Assembly: GCA_951406725.2 (NCBI GenBank) | Contig: OX597837.1 | Location: 21,018,001 to 21,082,000, forward strand | Reading direction: 5' to 3' | Length of the DNA: 64,000 nucleotides | Source of the DNA: Octopus vulgaris | Taxonomy: Eukaryota | Part shown: piece after piece, positions 54,060 to 64,000 of the stretch | Layout: the number at the start of each line of letters is the position of its first letter | How positions within the stretch are numbered: position 1 is the stretch's first letter | Translations under genes and position numbers: made by a program | Notes under the pieces: generated by a model | Seen by the model: only the letters and a program-made list of their open reading frames with translations | What the model was told of the DNA's origin: nothing | Databases searched by the model: none

Positions 54060-54471
54060 AAGAGAGGAAGAAAAAAGTATGATAAACACACATGATGCAG
54101 TTTACCATACTTTTTCTAATATTTCCTCTGTATATCATAACTAATAATACCACTAAGTTCAGTAGCAACCATGTCGCATTTCTGGCAGTTGACTGGGGGC
54201 TGATAGTCTATGTGGAACCGTAAATACACATGCAGCTGTTGTACGTCTAACCTTGTGTGTGTGTAGCATAACAAAAAGCCCTGAAACTTCAATATTTCAG
54301 TAACAAAGAAACTGGAAATTCAAGCTTGCTGTGTAAATATTTAGCTGCTTTTTTATTAGACTTTTACTAAACTATTGAACTTGCTTGTCTACAGACCTGG
54401 TGAAAATATGATTGAAAGGCCCCAAATTGCTGCATTTTGTTGAACTGGCTCTTTGTTGGGGGCATACTTAC

Positions 54472-54537
54472 TTCCTGAACTACCTTCAGTTGAAACAGAG
54501 GGACTAAAGGGTTCATTCGGGGAATGTCTATGTGAAT
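54472..54537 (-). CDS. TBC1D22: TBC1D22 arginine-finger exon, copy A (IHIDIPRMNPLVPLFQLKVVQE)
   Basis: ttttag acceptor, gtaagt donor, 66 nt, phase 0/0; IxxDxxR motif in the canonical IHIDIPR form. Confidence 0.95.
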
Positions 54538-54699
54538 CTAAAATCAGGAACATTGAAGAGAAAGAAAACAAAACAAAAACAAAATAAAGACTTTACTTCC
54601 AAAGATGCAGCACATCAAAAATGGTGCAAATATAGACAGATGTAAAAGTATTTTAAATTTCAACATAAAATAAAACTTACATACTTAACATATACAAGC

Positions 54700-54766
<67 letters not shown>

Positions 54767-54979
54767 TCTTAACTGATTGGAAGTGTTATCATGTACATTG
54801 TTTTGTCTTGGTATAAAAGATGGGCTACACCAAATATTCTGCTCAATACCACAGATTTACTTGTCACTTGTTTGACCTTAACCAGCTGACAATGTCCCTT
54901 AGTGGCTGATGATATGTGCATCTCTGATCATGAGCAGAAGTAGTGGGGGAGCATCATAGCCATGTGTTGAAAGGAATTC

Positions 54980-56566
54980 TTATTTCATTGACACCAAAAG
55001 GATGAAACGCAGATTCAACCTTGGTTGATTTGAATCTAGAACATGGTTGAAATGCCGCTAAGCATTTTTGCCCAGCATGCAAATAATTCTACTAGCATAC
55101 TGCCTTAATAATAATAATAATCTTTTCTACTAAAGATACAAGGCCTGAATTTTGGGGTGAGGGGACTAGTCGATTACATCAACCCCAGTGCATAACTGGT
55201 ACTTATTTCATCGACCCCAAAAGGAAGAAAGGCAAATTTGACCTCAGCGGAATTTGAACTAACATAGCAATGGACGAAATATCGCTAAGCATTTTGCCCA
55301 GCCTGCTAACAATTCTGCCAGCTCACAACCTTAATAATAATAATTCTTTCTATTATAGACACAAGGCCCGAAATTTTGTGGGAAGAAGCTAGTTTATTTC
55401 AATGGACTCAATGCTCAACAGGTACTTATTCTATCAACCTCAAAAGGATGAAAATTAAAGTCAATCTCAGAGGAATTTGAACTCAGAATGTAAAGAGTCA
55501 AGAGAAATGCTACAAAGCATTTGGTCTGGTGTGAGCATGATTCTGCCAGCTCACTGTTCCTAATTCAGGTACAAGGTCTACAATTTTGGAAGGGAAGGAT
55601 TCTGTCAGCTCACCGCCTCAGTAGTAATAATCCTTTCTACTAAAAGCACAAGGCCTGATAGTTAAAGGGAAGGGACACTACACCAACCCTGAAATGATGA
55701 AAGGCAAAGCAGACTTTGGTGGAATTTGGACTAAGAACATAGACACAGAAGAAATGCCTCTAAAGCTTTATAATAATATGTTTCCTCTTGGTGTAAATGA
55801 TGGGCTATAGCAAACACTTTGCTCAATACCACAGATTTATTTGTCAGCTGTTTCACCTTAAATAGTTGAGCATGTTTCTTAGTGGCTAACAAAATGTGCA
55901 TCTCTGATCACAAACAGGTGGGGTCATTATAGCCATGTGTTGATAGGCATTGAGGTTTGAATAATTCACCTCTAGAAACATGGGTGTATCATTCATCACC
56001 TTAAACAACTCTTATTCAGGGACCTTTTGAATGGGATAGGCTACTCAACCTGAAGAAAATTCGAACTGGGCCCCACCTGCAAAGCCATGCACTGTTTATC
56101 TCAATATGTGATCACTATGTTGCATGCATGTATGGCTGTGATGCATGTACTTGATGTATCCTTAATCAGACAGGTAGTCATGATGGGTATATTAGGCTTC
56201 ATATGTTCGTATCTCAGTGTCACTTTGATGGAATGCACTGCTCTCTCACCCAATAACCCTTTCTACCAATTGGTGGAATTTGAACTTAAAACATAAGGGG
56301 AGACGAAAAACTGTTCAGCATTTTGCCTTCAGTGCTACCAATTCTGCCAACTTGCTGCCTTAATAATAATCCTTTCTACTATAGGCACAAGACCTGAAAT
56401 TTAGTGGGAGGGAACTAGTTGATTACATCGACCCCAGTATTTCACTGGTACTTAATTTATCAACCCCAAAAGACAAAGCTGACCTTGGTGCAATTTGAAC
56501 ATAAGGGCAGATGAAATGCCACTAAGCATTTTGCCTTCTGTGCTAAGGATTCTGCCAGCTTGCTGC

Positions 56567-56600
<34 letters not shown>

Positions 56601-58050
56601 GGGAATGCATACAATGAGCTTCTCTGACCCAGGTGTATGGAAAACACTCAGCGAGAAAATCAAGAAAAGTTTAAGAAAGAAGAAAAATAAAGAAAATAAT
56701 AATAATAATAATAATGATAATAATAATAATAATGATAATAATAATAATAATAATAAACAACAGCAAAAATAATAATGGAAATAATGCTAAAAACATCATA
56801 GTGACAACAATTAAAAAAACAAGACTCATTGAAAGCAAATACAAACAGCTACAACATCCACAACAATCTTGTAAAGCAGTGTAATTAACAATATCAATTA
56901 ATTAAAATATTTCTCCAAATAAAACTGACATTTACACATTGTCATTATACTATTTCACAACTAGAATACTGTAAATACTAGTACAGAATTCCATACTAAT
57001 AGCATAGTAAATTTTGGTGATAACTAAAAGACAGTGGTATCCTAAGTAAGCTAGGAGAAACACCAGATTTCTATAAAAAAAAATTCTGGAGTTCTGCAAG
57101 ACAAAATGTCTTTTCATCATCATCATCATCGTTTAACATCCGTTCTCCATGCTAGCATGGGTTGGACGGTTCGACTGGGGATCTGGGAAGCCAGGAGGCT
57201 GCACCAGGCTCCGGTCTTATCTGGCAATGTTTCTACAGCTGGATGCCATTCCTAACGCCAACCACTCCGTGAGTGTAGTAGGTGCTTTTTACGTGCCACC
57301 TGCACTGGTGCCAGGCGAGGCTGGCATCAGCCATGGTCGGATTGGTGCATTTTACGTGCCACCTGCACGGAAGCCAGTCGAGGCGGCACTGGCTTCGGCC
57401 ACGATTCGGATGCAAGACAAAAGTGTCTTTTATTAAAATTTAATCACTATTTTCAAAATAAGTAATAATGGTTTTAAATTCTGGCACAAGGCCAGCAATG
57501 TTGGGGGTGGGGTTAAGTCAATTACATCAACCCCAGCGTTCATCTGATAGTTATTTTCTCAACCTCAAAAGGATAAATGGCAAAGTTGATATTGGTGAAA
57601 TTTGCTCAAAATAATAATCCTTTCTGCTATAGGCACAAGGCCTGAAATTTGTGGGGAGGGGGACTAACTGATTACATTGATCCCTGTGTTTCACTGGTAC
57701 TTTTTTTATTGACCTCAAAAGGATGAAAGACAAAGTTGACCCCAGCAGAATTTGAACTCAGAACGTAAGGATAGACAAAATGTTAAACATTTTGCTCAGC
57801 ATGCTAATGATTCTGCCAACTTGCTGCCTTAATAATAATCCTTTCTACTATAGGCACAATGCCTGAAATTTGGGGGAGGGGACTAGTGGATTACTTGAAA
57901 ACCAGTATTTCACTGGTACTTAATTTATCAACCCTGAAAGGATGAAAGGCAAAGTCAACCTCAGTGGAATTTGAACTCAAAATGTAAAGTCATGAAATAC
58001 TGCTAAACTTTCTGTCTGGTATACTAACAATTCTGCCAGCTACCCACTTT
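54980..58050 (-). mobile_element. dense array of older MetaSINE-type copies separated by (AAT)n, with other repeats interleaved
   Basis: many reverse copies starting cctttctactataggcacaaggcctgaaattt. Confidence 0.75.
57115..57412 (-). mobile_element. RTE-tail repeat with internal acgtgccacc subrepeats
   Basis: (CAT)n followed by gtttaacatccgttctccatgctagcatgggttggacgg. Confidence 0.75.
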
Positions 58051-58486
58051 AATAATAATAATGACATACATACATACATATACATATAAATTCTATATCT
58101 GAAACAGTTTTGTTGCATTTAATGTCTTACCAAAATTATGGTGGGAAGCAGTCTATAAAATTTATGGTGTGGGTTCTGCAATTTCTGGAAAATCATGTAA
58201 AATTTTCCTCAATGAAATAACTCAGTTAACCATTGTTCTATTACTCTCTATCCATCTTCACCCACTGCTCTTGAGAGGGTAGAGTCTTCAGGCACTTCCT
58301 CCTTAAGATCCTATCAGGAGTAACCACCATTACACTCTCTGGCTGGAATCCCAAAGATGACCAACTGTGACTATGGACGTTGACCAGCCATTTCAATCTT
58401 GGTCTACCCTCAGGTCTCTTGCTGCTTAGCTAAGTTTGAAGAATCCATTTTGGCAATTCTTTCTTGTGACATTCTAATCACATATC

Positions 58487-58965
58487 TTATTTCTTTATTG
58501 TCCACAAGGGGCCACACACAGAGGGGACAAACAAGAACAGACAAATGGATTAAGTCGATTATATTGCCCCCAGTGTGTAACTGGTACTTATTTAAAGGTG
58601 GTGAGCTGGCAGAACCATTAGCACACCGGGCAAAATGCTTAGCGGTTTTTCGTCTGCCGTTTCATTGTGAGTTCAAATTCCGCTGAGGTCGACTTTGCTT
58701 TTCATCCTTTCGGGGTTGATAAATTAAGCACCAGTTACGCACTGGGGTCGATGTAATCGACTTAATACCTATATCTGTCCTTGTTTGTCTCCTCTATGTT
58801 TAGCCCCTTATGGGTAATAAAGAAATAGGTACTTATTTAATCGACCCCGAAAGGATGAAAGGCAAAGTCAACCTCAGCGGAATTTGAACTCAAAACATAG
58901 CGGCAGACAAAATACTGCTAAGCATTTCGCCCGGTGTGTTAAAGTTTCTGCCAGCTCGCCACCTT
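58487..58965. mobile_element. nested MetaSINE-type copies in opposite orientation
   Basis: plus copy 58596-58827 inside a minus copy; TSD ggtacttatttaa at 58583-58595 and 58828-58840. Confidence 0.88.
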
Positions 58966-59126
58966 AATCTAATCACATATCTGTAGTGCTAGAGATATGA
59001 TTATGACTGTTCAATACAGAGAAGCCACTATTTTACACACATTTTTCACTAAAACATATAACTATATAATTTTCAAGCTTTCCTTTCTTTGTGTGTATGG
59101 AGTTTATTTTGTAAACTGAAACTGAC

Positions 59127-59255
59127 CTGTCGAAATGTATCTTGATGTTCAACTTGATGTCGTGTCCCATAATACTGTTCAACAAAACTGAAATATTCCT
59201 TCCGCTTTCGTTCTAAAGTGGGTTGCCTCCGATCACAGTCTACAGGAAGATAACC
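59127..59255 (-). CDS. TBC1D22: TBC1D22 exon (GYLPVDCDRRQPTLERKRKEYFSFVEQYYGTRHQVEHQDTFRQ)
   Basis: ttcag acceptor, gtcagt donor, 129 nt, phase 0/0; GYLP...RKR.EY..F..QYY. Confidence 0.95.
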
Positions 59256-60236
59256 CTGAAGAAAAAAAAAGAAAATCATGCATATATGATCAAGAGGAAG
59301 GGCAGTTTGCATGTGTCTATGTGGGACATAATGTCACCATTACTGAGGTGGTATCGAGGCAAAAAACACACATATCCATCCACAGACACACACGAGCTTC
59401 TTTACAGTTTTCATCGATACTGAGGTTCTTTATCCACTAGAAGTATAAAGAAGACAGTTAGAAATTGACAATTTCTGATGAAATTGCTAGAAACAGTGTA
59501 GACATAAATATTGTAAATATGCACTGTAAGTTGGAAAATTATCTTATTAACAACAACTCTTCTCAAATATTAAGACATTTTTATTTCAACTTTAGTTGAA
59601 GATGGTTTCAACATTGAGGATTCAGTCGTTTAATCAACTTAATTCTGCCCCTGAACTAACATATAAGTGACTGGGTATTTTACAGACACATGTACTCTTA
59701 ACACTTAACCATTTAATCCATCCATATCTGGCCCAAATATTCTATTTGTTTTATGTACATATATATTTATATATTATTTGTTTTATGTTAAAACTGACCA
59801 GATCCACCTCTCACATGATTGGGAAGCAAGCCACACATCATCACCATCATCACTGAGCAACCATTTTCCATGCTAGCATGAGTAAGACAGTTTGACTGGA
59901 ACTGGTCAGCTGAAGAGCTGCACCGGGCTCCAGTCTGTTTTGACTTGGTTTCTATAGCTGGATGCTCTCCCTAATGCCAGCCACTCCATAGAGTGTACTG
60001 AGTGCCTTTTATGTGTCACCAGCATGGGTACCTTTCATGTGTCACCGGCACAGTTGTCTTTTATGTGTCACCAGCACGGGTACCTTTCATGTGTCACTGG
60101 CACTGACCCTGACTACAATTTCACTTAGCTTGATGTATCTTCTCAAGCAGAGCAACTCACCAAAAGTCTCAGTCACTTGTCATCACCTCATATTAAAAAT
60201 GCTTTATAAAGAAAAAGAATGCAAAGTTTCACTTAC

Positions 60237-60307
60237 AGATAAAATTTTCCATGCTGTGGGTCTCACTGATTTTGGGATGCCAGACCAACTGAGTTTACGT
60301 AATTTTT
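60237..60307 (-). CDS. TBC1D22: TBC1D22 exon (EKLRKLSWSGIPKSVRPTAWKILS), start of TBC domain
   Basis: tttag acceptor, gtaagt donor, 71 nt; LSWSGIP..R..W motif. Confidence 0.95.
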
Positions 60308-60380
60308 CTAAATAACAAAAGAAAAAATATATATGTACAGTCAGAATCAGAGTGATTTATATCATAGGCACAAAGTCAAG

Positions 60381-60423
<43 letters not shown>

Positions 60424-60710
60424 GTATATCACTCATCTTAGTCATTTCATATCCATTTTCCATACAGGTACCGGGTTGGATGGGTTGCCAAGGTTGGAGT
60501 TGGCACTTATTCAGGAGGTAGTGGTCACTAGCTGGGCTGGAGAACCACATCTTAGTCGCATTTCACTTCTGGCTTGGATTCTATGTTTGGCTTCCAGTTA
60601 CAAACCACTTTACAAAATACTGATTACATTCATAGTTGTGTAATTTAGAAGAGCACTTTTGAACAAGGTCGAAATTTGGTAGACAGAAACTAAAAAAAAA
60701 ATGCTCATCA

Positions 60711-60744
<34 letters not shown>

Positions 60745-60754
60745 CTCTCTTAAT

Positions 60755-60979
60755 CTTTTACTTGTTTCAGTCATTTGACTGCGGCCATGCTGGAGCACAG
60801 CCTTTAGTCGAGAAAATTGACCCCGGGACTTATTCTTTGTAAGCCCAGTACTTATTTTATCGGTCTCTTTTGCCGAACCGCTAAGTGACAGGGACGTAAA
60901 CACACCAGCATCGGTTGTCAAGCAATGCTAGGGGGACAAACACAGACACACAAACACACACACATACATACATACATAT

Positions 60980-61012
<33 letters not shown>

Positions 61013-61176
61013 CGACAGGCTTCTTTCAGTTTCCGTCTACCAAATCCACTCACAAGGCATTGGTCGGCCCGGGGCTCTAGCAGAAGACACTTGCCCAAGA
61101 TGCCACGCAGTGGGACTGAACCCGGAACCATGTGGTTGGTTAGCAAGCTACTTACCACACAGCCACTCCTGTGCCT
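60755..61176 (-). mobile_element. OR2-like SINE
   Basis: reverse full-length, well-preserved copy. Confidence 0.87.
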
Positions 61177-61310
61177 GTATATATATACATATATATAATT
61201 TCTATATAAATAAGGACAAGATCTTAATTTTAAATAGCAATCAAATGAAGTGGCAGCATGGAAAGAAAAAATCTTATAGGTTATAATAATTATCAAAATT
61301 ATAAATAAGA

Positions 61311-61364
61311 GTATCTAAGAGATACCACCATGCTTGAAATAGCATGGTGGTATCTCTTAGATAC
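61311..61364. repeat. perfect 24-bp hairpin
   Basis: gtatctaagagataccaccatgct-tgaaat-agcatggtggtatctcttagatac. Confidence 0.95.
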
Positions 61365-61379
61365 CCTTCAATAGATATA

Positions 61380-61850
61380 CAGGGGTTGGACAAAATAATG
61401 GAAACGCCTTAAAATTTCAAACAAACTTATTTTAATATGGGATAGGACTGCCTTTGGCAGAAATTACAGCTTGAATTCTACGAAGTATGGACTCACAGAA
61501 AGTTTGAATTGCTTCCAAAGGAATTTTTGTCCATTCTTCAGCTAAAACAGTCTCCAGTTCTTGTAGTGATGATGGTGTAGGATATCAACACCTTACTTGT
61601 TTTTCTAAAATGCACCATAAATGTTCAGTAATATTGAGATCTGGGGACTGTGGTGGCCAGATAAACTTCACTAGAATGTTCCTCATGCCATTCAGTAACA
61701 AACTTTAGCTGAGTGAATTGGTGCATTGTCATCCTGAAAGATTGTGGTTCCCTCCGGTAACAGTTCCACAACCACAGGATGCATTTGATCAGATACAATG
61801 CTTAAATAGTCTTGACTATTAATTCTGCCATGAAGGGAAACCATTGGGCT
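61380..61850 (-). mobile_element. Tc1-like transposon 3' fragment
   Basis: TA plus TIR caggggttggacaaaataatggaaac; minus-strand FQDDNAPIH and WPPQSPDLNITEHLW remnants. Confidence 0.85.
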
Positions 61851-61854
61851 CACA

Positions 61855-62022
61855 GGTTAATGTAATCATAGACATACACAATGACTCAAAGGGCTCACTG
61901 GTTAATGTAATCATAGCATACACACTGTGTCTGAAAGAGACTAGTTAATGTAATCAAACAATACACACTGTCTGAAAAAGACACACTGGATAATGTAATC
62001 ATAGACATACACTGTATCTCAA
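61855..62022. repeat. minisatellite, about 43-bp unit x4
   Basis: repeated ggttaatgtaatcatagacatacac. Confidence 0.85.
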
Positions 62023-62186
62023 AAGAAAGACCAGATTGTGATAAATAGAACATTTTTAAATCATAGACAGATCTGCTCTATCAGGGATAACCTGGGGTTA
62101 ACATCAAACTACAGAAGAACAAAACAAAATAATAAAAATAGTAATGATAATAATAAAGTGAATATTAATTTGAGAATCCTTCTCAC

Positions 62187-62387
62187 CTAAACCTGCATTT
62201 GATGATGTTAGTGATGTTAGTAAAGTGTGAAATTTTTCTAATTTAGCAGATTCCCGATCTGGCACTGATGGCTGACCAAACCGCAAAGGCGTAATTCTAG
62301 GAGGCTGCCAGTGACTGTTGAGACGCACACCTACACCCGGTCCAGCACCTAAAGAAATTGCTGACGGAATTGCAGTCATGTGACATC
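62187..62387 (-). CDS. TBC1D22: TBC1D22 exon (GCHMTAIP...DRESAKLEKFHTLLTSLTSSNAGL)
   Basis: cccacag acceptor, gtgag donor, 201 nt, phase 1/1; RE..KLEKF..LL matches the pre-TBC helix. Confidence 0.88.
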
Positions 62388-62599
62388 CTGTGGGAAAGAA
62401 AAGAAGAGAAATCAAATGAAAGAAAGAAACGAAATTATTTAAGAAAGATACGGAAATCTAAACAAAAGCCAAAGATAAAGACATGAGTTCATTCCCAGCC
62501 TGAGCTGATCAAGTTAATAAATGAAAACATTTTCTATCAGCATTTTTTGTCACCAGTCACAAGTCTATCCAAAAAGGGTGAAATGAGTTTGCAAGAATG

Positions 62600-63191
62600 G
62601 AGAGAAGAGCAGATGTCAACTTGGGATTTGTGGTTGCTTTCAGACAATTCATGAGGCACCCATTTTCAAAGTTTAGGAACCTTTCCAAGTTGTTGAAGAT
62701 GACGATGAACAATTGTATGGTTTGAACTAAGCTTTATTGCTAATTTTTCAACTGATAATGCAGGATTTTCTTCAAGTAATCCCTCAAGGAGCTTATCATC
62801 AAACTCAACTGGACGTCCTGTTCAATCTTCATCTTCAAGGCTGAAATCTCCATTTCTGAATTTTGCAAACCATCTTCTGTAAGTTCTTTCATTCAAGCAT
62901 TCTTTCCCATAAACTGAGTGTATGTTTCGAGTCGCTTCAGCTGCAGAGTTTCCTTTTTTGTACTCATAAAGCATTATGTGCCTCAAATGCACTTTGGATA
63001 CTTCCATGTTAGAAAGGGTTTTAATCAAAGAAATTTTAATTCCCTTATTCTGTAAAATAATATTTAATTAGTTTAAATGTACACAAATGCATAAAAATAA
63101 TTTTTAATTCCATTAGGCATTCTAAAATACTATTAAATTTCATTCAATTCTTAAAAAGGTAAACTCAGACAGAACTTATGGGATGACCTGA
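62600..63191 (-). mobile_element. degenerate mariner 5' part
   Basis: TIR-like tcaggtcatcccataagttctg next to TA; MEVSKVHLRHIMLYEYKKGNSAAEATRNI...RRWFAKFRNGDFSLED, WVPHEL remnant; left boundary approximate. Confidence 0.85.
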
Positions 63192-63280
63192 TACATACAC
63201 ATAATTGATCTATTAATAAAATTAGTCTAAAACTATAAATAAAATTGGTCTAAAAGCAAAAATTGTGCAGAAGCACCAAC

Positions 63281-63525
63281 CTGATGGGGATTTGACTGGA
63301 GATCCCTGTGAGGTACCGTTAAGAGCTTGGAACTGTTTACTGTGATTGTCAAGTACAGCACGTGCAGTCGACTGGACATCCTTTAAGGACATTTGAACAG
63401 TGGCCATCAATATTAGATCATCATCGCCATCGTCCCAAGCATCTGATGTCTCATTTTCAAAGTCCCGGAAGGAGTCCTTCGTCTTGTTTTTTAGCTTGTC
63501 ATCTTTCTTTGGTGTTCCTGGGTTA
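63281..63525 (-). CDS. TBC1D22: TBC1D22-family Rab-GAP, internal N-terminal exon (NPGTPKKDDKLKNKTKDSFRDFENETSDAWDDGDDDLILMATVQ...SPVKSPS)
   Basis: AG/GT-bounded 245-nt open exon; the SFxxFExxTSDAWD motif is characteristic of the TBC1D22A/B N-terminus; its phase joins the next exon; the start exon lies beyond the window end. Confidence 0.9.
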
Positions 63526-64000
63526 CTAAATTAGGAAAACAAAAGAGGCAAAATATAAAAAATATCAACAAGAAGTAGGCATCCATGCATGGATGTGTGT
63601 GTGTGTGTATCTAAAAAAAACAAAACAAGGTTTCTGAAAAAATAAAAATAACAAAAAAATTAAATAGTGGTATACATGATTACCACTGACTAGAAATTTT
63701 ATGAAATTTTCAATAAGCAAACTAAAAAAACAATTAAGAAAAATGGAATGTTTATATTCTATGAATCTTTCTTTCCTTAATTTCAAATCCAAATCACACC
63801 TATCATGAAGACATTATTATCTCCCTTGTAATAACAGTCAGCTCAGTGACACACACACAAAAACACACACTCACAGATAGTGTGAGAGAGAGCGGGGGAG
63901 GAATATAAATACTAAAGACAAAACAACTTAGGACAGACAATAATATTGGAAAAGGTTAGGGCAGCAAGCTGACAGAATCATTAGCAAGATGGGCAAAATT

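Noticed and set aside
54160-54218. Possible third copy of the arginine-finger exon (minus strand FHIDYQPP...)
   Set aside because: No acceptor AG, no arginine and no LFQ/VQE; only a short HID coincidence

Overview
AT-rich, microsatellite- and SINE-dense animal genomic DNA. The SINE families point to an octopus (coleoid cephalopod) genome; this is inferred from family recognition. Two convergent, intron-rich genes are present. On the minus strand is a TBC1D22-family Rab-GAP (exons 63525 to stop at 36210; first exon(s) lie beyond the window). On the plus strand is a short, divergent coiled-coil gene resembling the CEP63/DEUP1 family (exons 10211-23837, plus exon-like blocks to 26700). The main observation: the exon carrying the catalytic IxxDxxR arginine finger of TBC1D22 occurs twice in tandem (54472-54537 and 51902-51967). 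Both copies are 66 nt, phase 0/0, with intact splice sites. The intron between them holds several complementary elements able to form competing RNA stems around both donors, some with A:C mismatches of the ADAR type. This is a candidate structure- or editing-controlled mutually exclusive switch of a GAP active site. The rest is mariner, Tc1 and hAT relics, non-autonomous Helitrons, Penelope-like palindromes with hammerhead ribozyme motifs, LINE fragments and several tRNA-derived SINE families. All alignments and foldings were done by eye.
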